From the IMG/VR virus record IMGVR_UViG_3300045999_007835: 64,000 nucleotides of DNA; one strand, 5' to 3'. Each line of letters begins with the position of its first letter. The stretch's first letter is position 1. Below are positions 41,827-52,264 of this stretch, one piece after another. The notes under the pieces were generated by a model. That model saw only the letters and a list, made by a program, of their open reading frames with translations, was not told where the DNA came from and made no database searches. The stretch is from an uncultured virus (IMG/VR IMGVR_UViG_3300045999_007835). Its lineage: Duplodnaviria > Heunggongvirae > Uroviricota > Caudoviricetes. The position numbers were made by a program, and so were the translations under genes.

Positions 41827-44412
41827 TCATCCGCGAGCGGCGAGTTGCCGCTTTAGATCGTCAATCTGGGCTTGAAGTTCTTGCACCGCCTTAACCAGCA
41901 CGGGTATAAGTGTACCCGGAGCAGCTTCGAGGCGCTCAGGGTTGATGTCGTGGACCAGCCCCGGCAGCGTGACTCCGTGGTCGGCTTGGGCCTGTCGAAG
42001 TTCTTGAGCGATAAACCCGAACTCCGGCACGTCTACTTTGCCCCCATCCCGAGTGTTCCAGACAAACGAGACCGGATGCAAACGCTGGATAAAGCTTACC
42101 CCCAGCGGGATGTCCTGCACGTCCTTCTTGTCCCGCGCATCGGAGAGCGCAGTGATGGTCGTGACTTGGCAGCGTAGGGTGGCAATCGACGAGTTGCCAA
42201 GGGTGATTTCATTGGAGACTGTGGCGGTAGACGAGGCTGCGTTGTAGCCAAGGATGAGGTTATTCGCCCCTGATGTAAGCGTAGATGCGACGCTATAGCC
42301 AAGAACCGTATTATTGTTTCCAGTGACTGTTGAAGTAGAAAATGCGTTGGATCCAATTGCTGTGTTGCCGGAGCCGGTCGTTAAATTAATAGCCGCGCGG
42401 GTCCCAAATGCAGTATTGTCATCAGCAATAGATCCGCTAAGCGCGAAAGATCCTACTGCAGTATTGTTATTATTAGTAATGATTGCATCAAGCGCTTGAT
42501 ATCCAATCGCCACATGCTCGGCACCAGAGATGTTTTCCGACAAAGCTTCATGGCCGATCGCTATAACATTATTTGCAGAATATCGAGCGGTTCTAAAACC
42601 GATGCCTATACTATAAGTTGGGTTGGCATTTGAAATTGAAGAGGACCCAATAGCGATGTTATAAGCGCCAGTGGAAATTGCTCCCCCAGCACTGGCCCCG
42701 AGTATAACATTATTGCTCCCGCTATCAATGCTACCGCCGGCTGACGCGCCGTATACTGTGTTTGCCGCGCCACTCGTTAACGCAAACAAAGACTGAAATC
42801 CAACCGCTGTGTTGTTATTCCCGGTTGCGGTTCCATTGATAGCCTGATAACCAATTGCAGTATTTGCAGAAACCGCTCCACCGCCCCGCCCAAAGTTAAT
42901 TCCGGCTATGGTGAGCGTATTTGTAGTTTTGTTCCACGTAAAGTCTGCATCTCCACCGAAGGACCCGCCGTCGTTAAACTGGACTTGCGTCGTTGACCCC
43001 CCGGGGGAACCGCCGCTTACCGTTGCCCAAGACGTATTCGTGCCGTCGGTCGTAAGGTACTTCCCGTTGTTTCCGGTCTGTGACGGCGCAAGAGCGTTGA
43101 ACGCCGCGCTTGCGGTAGTCTGCCCGGTACCGCCGTTAGCAATTGCTAGCGTACCCGCAAGGGTCACCACACCGGTGGTAGCCGTGTTTGGCGTAAGCCC
43201 TGTCGTACCTGCCGAGAATGACGTAACGCCGCTTGCAGCGGCGGCCACCCAAGACAGCGTGCCCGTCCCATTGGTGCTCAAGACCTGTCCATTTGTACCG
43301 TCAGCGGCAGGCAGTGTGTACGTCGCAGACCCCGCTATGGCGGCGCCTTTCAACCCCACGTAGCCAGAGGTAGAGCCTGACAGGCGAAGCAAAGGAAGCA
43401 CGACCGCGCCCGTGCCGTTGGGCGTAAGGTTGATTGCCCCGTTTGCTCCGTCCTCAATAGTGATGGAGCCGGAGTTCGTTCCTGAGTTGGTGTTTAGGAT
43501 TAGATCGCCCGCACCGTTGGAAGTAATGGTGACATTCGCTCCGGAATCGCCTACACGGATTGTGTCTGCGTCTAGCTGAACGTCGCCCGTGCCGTTCGGG
43601 GCCAACGTGATGTTGCCGTTGGTGTCCGTTGAGGACAGCGTGTTCCCTTCAAGCCGTAGATTGTCTACGTTGAGTAGCGTTGATACCGTTACCGCGCCAG
43701 TGGAGTCCGCAATCGTGATGGCGGAAGCGCCATCGTTTGCCTTGATGTTAGTGACTTGCAGGTTGGTCGTCGTGACGAGGGCTGTCAGAACTGACGTCTC
43801 GCAGTAAAGAGTTCTCCACGACTTGGCCGTCGAACCCAGATCCCGCGCATTGTCGGTGGAAGGAAGCAGGTCCGTGTTGAACTGGCCGGTGGCGGTGATG
43901 GTGTCCGTTGCCGCGTCGCCCAGCGTGGTGTTCCCATTGACGGTCAGGTTGCCTGAGAGCGTCGCATTGACGAAGGACGTCACGCATTGATTGACGTTGG
44001 TGCCATCGCAGAACAAGAAGGCAGTCTCGCCCGCAGGGATGGCTACGCCCGGGTCCGGCGGGGCCGGAGGGACATTTGTTGCTTTAACCGTGACCGCAAA
44101 AGATGTACCGTTCTTAACTACATACATCTTGGACGCCGCTGGGCAGGTGACATCCCCCGGCCCAATAAGCGCACTACCGCCGGATCCGGTAGCCAACACA
44201 AGCATTGCGCAGCGTGATTCAGAGCTTGTGCCGTCAGCGGTGGTGAGCGTATGTGAAGTGTTGCTTGTCCACGTGCTGATCGTAGCTAGCCCTGCCACTG
44301 CCTGCTCAACCATCGAGGTAATGTTGTCGTTCACAACCGTACCCCATGTGCCGGATAGCTCTCCGGTCACCGGCAGGGCCAGTTTAAGGATGGGGGTGTA
44401 GGCAGTGGTCAT
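41827..44412 (-). CDS. Tail fibre with C-terminal intramolecular chaperone (peptidase S74)
   Basis: NTAxG repeats; SDARDKKD...L.PV.F.W...GFIAQE...LVKAVQEL. Confidence 0.88.
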   Translation of the reverse strand: MTTAYTPILKLALPVTGELSGTWGTVVNDNITSMVEQAVAGLATISTWTSNTSHTLTTADGTSSESRCAMLVLATGSGGSALIGPGDVTCPAASKMYVVKNGTSFAVTVKATNVPPAPPDPGVAIPAGETAFLFCDGTNVNQCVTSFVNATLSGNLTVNGNTTLGDAATDTITATGQFNTDLLPSTDNARDLGSTAKSWRTLYCETSVLTALVTTTNLQVTNIKANDGASAITIADSTGAVTVSTLLNVDNLRLEGNTLSSTDTNGNITLAPNGTGDVQLDADTIRVGDSGANVTITSNGAGDLILNTNSGTNSGSITIEDGANGAINLTPNGTGAVVLPLLRLSGSTSGYVGLKGAAIAGSATYTLPAADGTNGQVLSTNGTGTLSWVAAAASGVTSFSAGTTGLTPNTATTGVVTLAGTLAIANGGTGQTTASAAFNALAPSQTGNNGKYLTTDGTNTSWATVSGGSPGGSTTQVQFNDGGSFGGDADFTWNKTTNTLTIAGINFGRGGGAVSANTAIGYQAINGTATGNNNTAVGFQSLFALTSGAANTVYGASAGGSIDSGSNNVILGASAGGAISTGAYNIAIGSSSISNANPTYSIGIGFRTARYSANNVIAIGHEALSENISGAEHVAIGYQALDAIITNNNNTAVGSFALSGSIADDNTAFGTRAAINLTTGSGNTAIGSNAFSTSTVTGNNNTVLGYSVASTLTSGANNLILGYNAASSTATVSNEITLGNSSIATLRCQVTTITALSDARDKKDVQDIPLGVSFIQRLHPVSFVWNTRDGGKVDVPEFGFIAQELRQAQADHGVTLPGLVHDINPERLEAAPGTLIPVLVKAVQELQAQIDDLKRQLAARG

Positions 44413-44424
44413 GGGGGTCCTCAG

Positions 44425-44580
44425 TTACGCTTGGGGTTGATCTGCGGCTTGTAGCTGGGATTCAGCTTGCGCTTTGACTTTCCCGAAGACGGCGACCGCC
44501 ATCTCAAGGGGTAGCTTGCCGAGACCGGCCAGCAGGATGTTCAGCTCTTCAACAGTCAGGGTGATGGTCACTTCTTTCAT
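44425..44580 (-). CDS. Small fibre-associated protein (MKEVTITLTVEE...)
   Basis: GGAG RBS, ATGA overlap. Confidence 0.7.
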   Translation of the reverse strand: MKEVTITLTVEELNILLAGLGKLPLEMAVAVFGKVKAQAESQLQAADQPQA

Positions 44581-44903
44581 GCTTGGCTCCAAGGTAAAGG
44601 TGTGTTTTGGGGTGAAACAGGTGGGTTGATCATCGAATTCAGTTGGCCCTGCACGCAGGCTTCGAAGTTTGACACACCTTGCGGGCCGAGCGCCGTCTGA
44701 ACCCAGCCGATGACGATTTCGGGGGTCAGGTCCGTATAGGGCACGAACGTACCTTCTTGAACGGTGAACTGCGTGTTGCCGCCGATGGATGCGGTGTACT
44801 GGCCGTCTACGCCAGTCAGGGTCCACAGACAATTAACAACGAACCCCGGCTCGGGGGTGTCGAGGGTGTACATCTGGTCGATGGTCCATGCATAGGTTGT
44901 CAT
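44577..44903 (-). CDS. Putative tail-fibre assembly/accessory protein
   Basis: Y.W.I..M, FVPY.DLT....IGWV, PLPW. Confidence 0.7.
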   Translation of the reverse strand: MTTYAWTIDQMYTLDTPEPGFVVNCLWTLTGVDGQYTASIGGNTQFTVQEGTFVPYTDLTPEIVIGWVQTALGPQGVSNFEACVQGQLNSMINPPVSPQNTPLPWSQA

Positions 44904-44905
44904 GG

Positions 44906-45163
44906 TTAGACTCCGGTTGGGGGATTCGGATCATACGGCTGGGGCGATGGCTGGCTCCAAGCATATGTGGCGATGTTGAGGTAGTAAGCCTCATCAAGCA
45001 CCGTGGATGCCTGCGGATCGTTGGGCACGAGAACACAACGCCAATAGGTTGACGAGATGACAACACCGTCCTTGAGAACATCGGTGCTCTTGCGAACTCC
45101 AATGCACCCGTTGGGTTGGATGTCAAATTGAGAGATGTAGGTGACTTCGGTGAATGTAGACAT
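44906..45163 (-). CDS. Fibre-associated hypothetical protein
   Basis: AAGGA RBS; DG..ISS.YWR motif. Confidence 0.7.
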   Translation of the reverse strand: MSTFTEVTYISQFDIQPNGCIGVRKSTDVLKDGVVISSTYWRCVLVPNDPQASTVLDEAYYLNIATYAWSQPSPQPYDPNPPTGV

Positions 45164-45178
45164 GGTGATTCCTTTTGT

Positions 45179-48100
45179 TTACGCAGAACGATAAACAACT
45201 GTTGCAAGAATAATTCCAGTTGCTTGCACTGCTGCTGGGGCATCTTGCCCACCTCCAACAGGTATGTTCATCACCCGCATATAGGACACATTGTTAGAAA
45301 TCTGCAAAACTTGAGTATTGTTGGCGCCATACACAGTTGCAGTGCCCATGCCGTTAATTGGGCCGCCACCGTATGCGTTTACAACATTCTCGGAAGTAAA
45401 CGGCAAACCCCCAATGTTGATATATCCTGTACCAGTAGCAGAAGTCCAATCAACACGGAAGATGCAAGTCACCAAATTTCCAATCTTTGTGTATCTGCCT
45501 GTTTGTATCGTATAGCTTGTTGTTCCTGCGGTCGTTTCCCCAAACACCGTTGGCGTCCACGTGCCTTCTTCGTAATCGTCCAGCGTGTTGGCGTTGCTTG
45601 AGGCGGATTGGGTGGCGGGGAAGGTGATGCCTGTTTGATTAAGTTGTGCGCCGTTTGCAGGGGTTCCAAGCGTGTTATACGCAACAGCGCCCGTGCCGTC
45701 TTGGGCGACATTTCCAATCAAGTTTCCGTTGTAAAAAAATCTTTGATAACTGACCCCAGAGGCAACTCCTGTTGCGTGCCCAAAATCAGCAAAAGTGTTG
45801 CCAGGGCTATAGGCAAAATAACTTCCGGTGTTAGTAAGCGTAAACGCACCGACAAAGAAATTTCCATTGTCGTCAAAATATCCCCTTGGATTCCCGTCTC
45901 CATCGGAAAGAACAATCCGATTTGAAAGAGTGCGGATGTCGAGGCCACCTTGGTTGCCGTCGTAGCCGCCAAGAACCGTGTTGTTGGAGCCGGTGGTGAT
46001 GTAATAGCCTGCGCCACTCTGGCGAGTGCTGTTGCCCCCAATCAGCGTGTTGCCGACACCCGTAGTGACGCTGTACCCAGCAGTAGTTCCAACAACGGTG
46101 TTCCATGCAACTGTGCCGGTAGAAAGGCTGTACCCGGCGTTGATGCCAACTGCCACGTTGTATCCGGAGGTGGTGGCCGAATAACCCGCCTGCCTGCCGA
46201 TAAAAGTGTTGTTGGCAGCGGTGGTGCTGCTGTACCCCGCCTGATAACCTACAGCAGTGTTGTTATTGGCCGTGGTGTTGGATTGGAGTGCTTCAAAACC
46301 TATCGCAGTATTGTTTTCCCCGGTTGTATTTGAATCAAGTGAACTTCTTCCCAATGCCGAATTAAACCTACCTGATGTATTGGCTGCACCGGATGCATCG
46401 CCAACAAACACATTAAACCCCGCAGTGGTAGCGTACCCAGCCGCACGGCCAATGAAGGTGTTGTACTCGCCGGATTGATTGCTATACCCCGCCTGATAAC
46501 CAACTGCCGTGTTGTTGGAGGCGGTGGTGTTTTGACCTAGCGAGCCTGCGCCCAAAGCAGTGTTGTAACTGCCTGTGGTGTTAAAATTCAAAGCGGTGTA
46601 AGAACCACCAAGTCCACCAACTGCTACATTGGCTGTACCAGTGGTGTTGCTATATGCGGCCGCATAACCAACAGCAGTGTTGTTAGAGGCGGTGGTGTTG
46701 AAGTAAAGGGCAAATGTCCCGATTGCTGTGTTGTAGTCTGCCGCCGTCTGGCTCTTCAGTGCCTGATAGCCAAAAGCAGAGTTGTAGACGCCCCCGTTGT
46801 CTGTGTAAATGGCTTGGTAGCCCATAGCAGTGTTACTGCTGCCCGTGGACTTTGTGTACAGAGCCTGATAACCAACAGCAGTGTTGTTAGAGGCGGTGGT
46901 GGTGTTGGCAAGTGCGGACATACCCACGGATGTGTTGTAACTACCCGTGGTTGTTTGATAACCGGCATTGTCACCAACTACCGTGTTGTAACTGCCCGTA
47001 GTATTGCTGTAAGCGGCTTGATAACCAAGAAATAGATTGCGCGTTCCAGTGCTATTCGTATATCCCGCCTGATAGCCTACAGCGGTGTTGTTAGAGGCGG
47101 TGGTGTTGGAGAATAAAGCATCACCACCAAGCGCAGTGTTGTACGCGCCAGTTGTCGTAAAACGCAAAGAGTTGACACCCACTGTGGTGTTGTAGGAACC
47201 CGTAGTAACCGCATAACCGGCACGATGCCCAACGCCGACATTCTGTGTCGCGCCATTTGTGGAATACAGGGCCTGATACCCAAGTGCAGTTAGAACAGTG
47301 CCCGTAGAGTTCGTATAACCTGCCTGATAACCAATAGCAGTAAGTTCAGTGCCTGTGGTGTTTGTGTACGCTGCTTGGTAACCAACAGCGGTGCCGCCAG
47401 AGGCGGTGGTGTTGGCGTATAACGACCACATACCAAGCGCGGTGTTGTAGCTGCCGGTAGTGTTTGCAATAAGCGAAGCAGTGCCGAATGCCGAGTTGTG
47501 CTCGCCTGTGGTGTTAGCGAGCAGTGCAACCTGACCAACGCCTGTGTTGTACCCTCCGGTGGTGTTAACGTTGAGTGCCCGTTCGCCAACTGCCGTAAGC
47601 CCCGATGCTGTCGTAGATGAGGCAAGAGCGGCCCGTCCAACGGCCACGTTCGCAACGCCTGTAGTGTTAGCGAACATGGCAAGATAGCCAACAGCGGTAT
47701 TGTCGGAGGCGGTGGTGCTTTGTCCTAATGCGCTGATGCCGATTGCGGTGTTATAACTTCCTGTTGAATTTTCTTGCAATGCGGCGTACACACCAGCACC
47801 ACCTGATCCAAACGATGCATTGCGTGTTCCTGTGGTTGTGTTGCATTGCGAGTTACGACCAAATGAGGAGTTAAATTCTCCGGTCGTATTTAATCGCAAT
47901 GAACTGTCACCAAAGGCGTCAAGAGTTCCGGTCGTATTACTGTACCCAGCCTGATAGCCAACAGCGGTATTGTTGGAGGCGGTGGTGTTGGAAAGGAGGG
48001 CTTGAGAGCCGATTGCCGTGTTATTCCCTCCGCTGGAGCCAGAAGCGCCGCTTTGCAACGCAGACCATCCGAGCGAGGTGTTGTTGGTTCCAGTTGTGGT

Positions 48101-48952
48101 GTAGTAACCCGCTTGGAAACCAACATGCGTGTTATTTGCGCCCGTAGACGAATATCCGGCAGTCTGCCCAATAAACGTCCCATAAGCAGCATTTGTTGAG
48201 TAACCGGCTTGGTATCCAAGAGCAACCGTGCCGCCAGAGCCACTGGTGTACGAGTACAAAGACTGATATCCAACAGCGGTGTTGCTAGAGGCGGTGGTGT
48301 TGGAGTAGAGAGCCGCTTGCCCAATAGATGTATTGTTCGATCCAGTAGTCGTTGAATGCCCTGCCTGAGAACCAACTGCGGTGTTATAGAGACCTGTGGT
48401 GTTGTTTCTCGCTGCTAGTCTTCCAATTGCTGTTAACTCGTTTGCGGTTGTATTACTTAGCCCAGCCTCTGATCCGATAACGGTGTTTGCGACTCCTGTC
48501 GTATTAGCCGCCAAAGCACTCGCACCCACCGCAGTGTTGGTGGACACAGCACCGGCTCCACGGCCTACGGTGACTCCGTAGATAGATGCGTCTAACGAGG
48601 TTGTGAGCGTTCCGGCAATAGAGACATTTGTAGCAGTGTCGTAATAGACAGACCTGCCAGCAGGGTATGTACAGAAGACATCCTTAGTCCCGGCTGAGAA
48701 GCTGACAAGACTTCCACCGTTAGACGACGCTAGAACCGTATCCCGGCTGAGCGTAGTACCCGACGCGGTATACGTACCAATCCCCACCTCCCACTCGTTC
48801 ACTCCCGGCAGGTTGATGGTGTAGTACGTGGTATTCCCATTACCGATAGCTGAGAAGCTCTGAAAACCTGCTACCGCCCCGGCGAGGGTAATAGTCCCGG
48901 TCCCAAGAGTTGTGGTCGTTTCTCTAACACGGTCTTTGACGACTAACGGCAT
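45179..48952 (-). CDS. Long tail fibre with NTAVGYQA/NTT beta-roll repeats
   Basis: N-terminal DRV.ETTTT.GTG; dozens of 14-aa repeats; C-terminal LDDYEEGTWTP...YTKIG domain. Confidence 0.88.
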   Translation of the reverse strand: MPLVVKDRVRETTTTLGTGTITLAGAVAGFQSFSAIGNGNTTYYTINLPGVNEWEVGIGTYTASGTTLSRDTVLASSNGGSLVSFSAGTKDVFCTYPAGRSVYYDTATNVSIAGTLTTSLDASIYGVTVGRGAGAVSTNTAVGASALAANTTGVANTVIGSEAGLSNTTANELTAIGRLAARNNTTGLYNTAVGSQAGHSTTTGSNNTSIGQAALYSNTTASSNTAVGYQSLYSYTSGSGGTVALGYQAGYSTNAAYGTFIGQTAGYSSTGANNTHVGFQAGYYTTTGTNNTSLGWSALQSGASGSSGGNNTAIGSQALLSNTTASNNTAVGYQAGYSNTTGTLDAFGDSSLRLNTTGEFNSSFGRNSQCNTTTGTRNASFGSGGAGVYAALQENSTGSYNTAIGISALGQSTTASDNTAVGYLAMFANTTGVANVAVGRAALASSTTASGLTAVGERALNVNTTGGYNTGVGQVALLANTTGEHNSAFGTASLIANTTGSYNTALGMWSLYANTTASGGTAVGYQAAYTNTTGTELTAIGYQAGYTNSTGTVLTALGYQALYSTNGATQNVGVGHRAGYAVTTGSYNTTVGVNSLRFTTTGAYNTALGGDALFSNTTASNNTAVGYQAGYTNSTGTRNLFLGYQAAYSNTTGSYNTVVGDNAGYQTTTGSYNTSVGMSALANTTTASNNTAVGYQALYTKSTGSSNTAMGYQAIYTDNGGVYNSAFGYQALKSQTAADYNTAIGTFALYFNTTASNNTAVGYAAAYSNTTGTANVAVGGLGGSYTALNFNTTGSYNTALGAGSLGQNTTASNNTAVGYQAGYSNQSGEYNTFIGRAAGYATTAGFNVFVGDASGAANTSGRFNSALGRSSLDSNTTGENNTAIGFEALQSNTTANNNTAVGYQAGYSSTTAANNTFIGRQAGYSATTSGYNVAVGINAGYSLSTGTVAWNTVVGTTAGYSVTTGVGNTLIGGNSTRQSGAGYYITTGSNNTVLGGYDGNQGGLDIRTLSNRIVLSDGDGNPRGYFDDNGNFFVGAFTLTNTGSYFAYSPGNTFADFGHATGVASGVSYQRFFYNGNLIGNVAQDGTGAVAYNTLGTPANGAQLNQTGITFPATQSASSNANTLDDYEEGTWTPTVFGETTAGTTSYTIQTGRYTKIGNLVTCIFRVDWTSATGTGYINIGGLPFTSENVVNAYGGGPINGMGTATVYGANNTQVLQISNNVSYMRVMNIPVGGGQDAPAAVQATGIILATVVYRSA

Positions 48953-48959
48953 ACTTCAC

Positions 48960-49469
48960 CTATACGGTAGGAATGATTGTCCAGCCTGTTCCCGGGCTGA
49001 CCGTAATCTGAATCCAATTTGCATTCTGAGTGTCATCTACCGGTTCCCACAAGCCCCGGCGGGTAACCGCGTCAGAGCCGGTTGCAGACTCCGATACCGA
49101 AGCCAAGAACGTAACGGTCGTGGTCAAGGAATCAGCGGCGGTAGAAGACTCTGAGACGGAGACGACGAAGGTAACGGCAGTAGCAACCGAATCCGCGCCT
49201 GTCGCGGACTCAGAAATAAAGTTGGGGAAGGAGACGAGTGAGGCAACGGAGTCGGCAACGGTGCTGGACTCCGATACGCTAGAGTTGATTTGGAAGGTAG
49301 AGGAAACAGTATCAGAACCTGTTGCAGACTCTGAGACCGACGACAGGAACGTAACAAGACTGCTGACGGAGTCAGCGCCTGTGGCGGACTCAGATATGAC
49401 GGGGGAGTAAAACGTACCCCCAACCGTTGAGAACGGGAGTTCTGCAAAAGACCCGGTTGAAAAGGCCAT
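48960..49469 (-). CDS. Repetitive structural protein (VSESATGxD repeats)
   Basis: About 19-aa repeats. Confidence 0.75.
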   Translation of the reverse strand: MAFSTGSFAELPFSTVGGTFYSPVISESATGADSVSSLVTFLSSVSESATGSDTVSSTFQINSSVSESSTVADSVASLVSFPNFISESATGADSVATAVTFVVSVSESSTAADSLTTTVTFLASVSESATGSDAVTRRGLWEPVDDTQNANWIQITVSPGTGWTIIPTV

Positions 49470-49480
49470 ACCCCACCATG

Positions 49481-49663
49481 TTAAACAGCAATCAGATCGT
49501 CTTCCAAGAACCAGCGTTCTTGTTCATTCCCGTCCACATCAGTCCACTTCAGAAGGCAATACACATTGCCGTCTTCATCCATTCGGAGGGCTAGAACAGG
49601 GCCGGAGGGATTAATCTGCCGGACTTTGACTTCATCACCCTTCTTGAATTTGGTAGCCATCAC
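49481..49663 (-). CDS. Small SH3/YodC-like protein
   Basis: FKKGD.V.....GPV...W.D..G...RWF...L. Confidence 0.65.
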   Translation of the reverse strand: MMATKFKKGDEVKVRQINPSGPVLALRMDEDGNVYCLLKWTDVDGNEQERWFLEDDLIAV

Positions 49664-50181
49664 GCAGCATCCAGACTGAAGGTGTACGTAACGGTTAGGG
49701 TATCGCCGTTCACAACGCTCCTGTCCCCGGGCGACTGAAAGTCAGCGGCGGAGAACAAGATTCCAGTATTACCCGGGCTTTTAGCGGCAACCGACGTTAA
49801 AAACGCGCCACCAACCGTTACTGAACTCGTAATGCTATACGTGGCAGGCGAAGCTGAGTTGCTAATAACCGACGGGTCAGCAGTGGTGGCCGTACCAAAC
49901 ACGCATTGCGGGCGATTTGCCCCTGAATAGTCAGTCACTTCCGTCCAGCCGCCATGAGACGACATCGTGTCACCAGCGGCGGGGTTGTTGGTAGACGAAG
50001 CGCCGTACAGCCCGATATACCAAGCGGCAGTGTAACCAGCCCCGGTAAAGTACTTGGTGTTCATGTCTTGCAGGCCGCCGTTTACGACAAGGTTCGGTGT
50101 CTCCGCCGTCCACTTAATCTGACCTTCCGAGTCCCGGCATACAACCTTAAACACACCGCCGGCTTTAGAGCGCTCTTCCAT
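49660..50181 (-). CDS. Structural protein (fibre/baseplate-associated)
   Basis: NLVVN.G, WYIGL, GAFL, GDTL.VTYTFS. Confidence 0.75.
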   Translation of the reverse strand: MEERSKAGGVFKVVCRDSEGQIKWTAETPNLVVNGGLQDMNTKYFTGAGYTAAWYIGLYGASSTNNPAAGDTMSSHGGWTEVTDYSGANRPQCVFGTATTADPSVISNSASPATYSITSSVTVGGAFLTSVAAKSPGNTGILFSAADFQSPGDRSVVNGDTLTVTYTFSLDAA

Positions 50182-50189
50182 GTTTCACC

Positions 50190-50606
50190 TCAATTGCTTG
50201 AACGGATCAAAGCCGTGGTAGCTGTATCACCCGGCATTGTGACCGTAAATGTGTTTATGCAGGTTTTGTCAGACCCGAAATCCAGTACCACGATTGACCG
50301 ATTGGCTTTGCTGGCATTGTAGAGCAGCGCGCACCGAGTGGTAAAGGCTGCCGGGACCCAGAGCACGTTGTTGAACGTCACCCATGCAGTGTAGCCACTG
50401 CTGTTAATTGTCACCCCGGTTACTACGTTTCCACCTGCGCTGTACCCCGTGCCCGTAATCTCATTTTCCGTGGTGTAGACGGTCGTAGACGCATCCAAGT
50501 TGGCTTCCGCCGTATACAGCGCGAGCTTCAGCGTGTCCGTTAGCAGGTTGTGGATAGCCTCATACAACTCCGCCTTAAAGCTGGTGGTCTGGGTCTGGAC
50601 GATCAT
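50190..50606 (-). CDS. Structural protein
   Basis: SFK.EL, KLALYT, GYSAGG, VLDFGSDK. Confidence 0.75.
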   Translation of the reverse strand: MIVQTQTTSFKAELYEAIHNLLTDTLKLALYTAEANLDASTTVYTTENEITGTGYSAGGNVVTGVTINSSGYTAWVTFNNVLWVPAAFTTRCALLYNASKANRSIVVLDFGSDKTCINTFTVTMPGDTATTALIRSSN

Positions 50607-51532
50607 TTGACCGGGTTCCTTACCTGCCCATCACGATAAGCATCCATACGCTGCTTGCCGTCGCCAAGATTCTTGAGAAGCGCCAGTGATTGGCCGTAGA
50701 GCTGAGCGTACATATCCATCTGCTCTTTCTCGGCCTTCATGAACCGAGCAGCTTCAACAACCGTAGCGTTCAAAAGCGCTGAGTCAAAGTTCTCGCCTAG
50801 CCAAGTGACACCGCTTGCGTTGGTGACTGCAGAAACGGAGATGCTAAAGCCGGAACCTGTCCCGCCGATGCTCGACGCATCGCAAGACAACGTATTCCCC
50901 ACTGCGTAGAACACGCCGGGGTTTTGAATCGTGACCGAGGTCACCGCACCGCCGGAAACAACAATCCGAGCTGTTGCACCAGAGCCAGAACCGCCCGTGA
51001 GAGCTACACCGTTATACGTCCCGTTGGTGTACAACGAGCCCGCCGTGATGGCCCCCAGCGTATTCAACGCACCCTGAACGATAGACTCAGGGTAGTAGTA
51101 ATAGTGCAGCTCAACGTAGTACGCCAGATCGGGCGTAGGGCCTACGATGAACGAGAGTTCCGTCTCCAGATCTGACCTTGGCCCGAAGATCGCGTAGTAC
51201 TTGGGTACGCCCTTGGAGTTGGGCGGCGGGTACGCTTCGCGGATGAAGTTCACATCCTTGTTGATCAAGTACGAGTACGTACCGGTGTTGAGAACACCGT
51301 TGACAACCCCCGTGATTACGGCAAGAGAGTAGGTAGACAGGTAGTCCGTCGGCGCAGATAGATACTGATTATCAGTGGTCAACTGCCCATAGACGTTCTT
51401 GCGCAGATTGGCAATCTGCACAGAGTTGTAGATGATCTGTTCGGCCTGACGGACGAACATCGCCATCTGAGCATCGGTGAAAGTGTTCTCAACGATGTTC
51501 GCAACATTGGTTGCCAACTCAGTGTATTGCAT
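50603..51532 (-). CDS. Head-tail adaptor/tail tubular-like protein with inserted beta domain
   Basis: KDVNFIREAYP, GPTPD..Y.VELHYYYYP, D.YRDGQ. Confidence 0.7.
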   Translation of the reverse strand: MQYTELATNVANIVENTFTDAQMAMFVRQAEQIIYNSVQIANLRKNVYGQLTTDNQYLSAPTDYLSTYSLAVITGVVNGVLNTGTYSYLINKDVNFIREAYPPPNSKGVPKYYAIFGPRSDLETELSFIVGPTPDLAYYVELHYYYYPESIVQGALNTLGAITAGSLYTNGTYNGVALTGGSGSGATARIVVSGGAVTSVTIQNPGVFYAVGNTLSCDASSIGGTGSGFSISVSAVTNASGVTWLGENFDSALLNATVVEAARFMKAEKEQMDMYAQLYGQSLALLKNLGDGKQRMDAYRDGQVRNPVK

Positions 51533-51535
51533 AGC

Positions 51536-51688
51536 TTACGCCATCGGCCCACGGGCCATCACGCCCTTAGTTGCAGCACCAGTCCCACGAATCTTGATGC
51601 CCGTAGTCTTGACGTTCTTCTCCGGATAGCCCGAATTCTTCAGGTCTACCTTGGGAGCCGGCTTCGGCTGATTGGAATCTTTCTTCAT
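51536..51688 (-). CDS. Small basic protein (…IRGTGAATKGVMARGPMA)
   Basis: Translated by hand, 50 aa. Confidence 0.7.
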   Translation of the reverse strand: MKKDSNQPKPAPKVDLKNSGYPEKNVKTTGIKIRGTGAATKGVMARGPMA

Positions 51689-51689
51689 C

Positions 51690-51866
51690 TCAAGCCCCAG
51701 TCATGCGGGTACGCCGCATCGGCTTCTGTTGGTTTGCAACCTTCGCGAGGTTACGCCCAAGTTGTTTCATCTGAAGATTGGTCTTGCCGCCCTTGGCAAA
51801 CTTCGTAGGCTTTTTGCCCGGGTGCATGTTGGCTTCATGCTTATGCACCGCTTTCTTAGCGTCCAT
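51690..51866 (-). CDS. Small basic protein (MDAKKAVHKHE...FAKGG...)
   Basis: Translated by hand, 58 aa, AGGAG RBS. Confidence 0.7.
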   Translation of the reverse strand: MDAKKAVHKHEANMHPGKKPTKFAKGGKTNLQMKQLGRNLAKVANQQKPMRRTRMTGA

Positions 51867-51874
51867 GTTGACTC

Positions 51875-52264
51875 CTAAGTCGTCACTATCGTTACTGTAC
51901 CAACAGACGTGACTGCCACCAAGTAATTCGGCGTCAGCCCCGCATCATTTGCACTTGCTCCGCCTACCGGATTCCAGCCCCACTGAATCTCGCGTGAGCC
52001 GCCAGTCAGGTTGCCGTCAGCATTCACGCCGGCGGTTACGTACGTTGTGTCCCTGCGAGGATTCCGCAAAGCTTGCGGGTCGTCTACAGGATACATACCC
52101 AATTGCAACTGGGGGTGATCTGGGTCCCAGCACTCCCGGCACACTAACACATTGACAGGCTTGGTCTTGACAATCAGTGTGCGAAGGTCGCGCAGGCGGA
52201 AGCGCAGGCCACAGCGATCACAGATCGCAATAGCCTTCTTGCCGCTGGCAAACCGATTACCCAC
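51875..52264 (-). CDS. Zn-finger (CxxC..CxxC) virion-region protein
   Basis: CDRCG...CRECW, DPQALRNPR. Confidence 0.75.
   Translation of the reverse strand: MGNRFASGKKAIAICDRCGLRFRLRDLRTLIVKTKPVNVLVCRECWDPDHPQLQLGMYPVDDPQALRNPRRDTTYVTAGVNADGNLTGGSREIQWGWNPVGGASANDAGLTPNYLVAVTSVGTVTIVTT

Noticed and set aside
41827..48952. Diversity-generating retroelement or invertible tail-fibre system
   Set aside because: No reverse transcriptase, no adenine-specific TR/VR pair noticed, and no invertase
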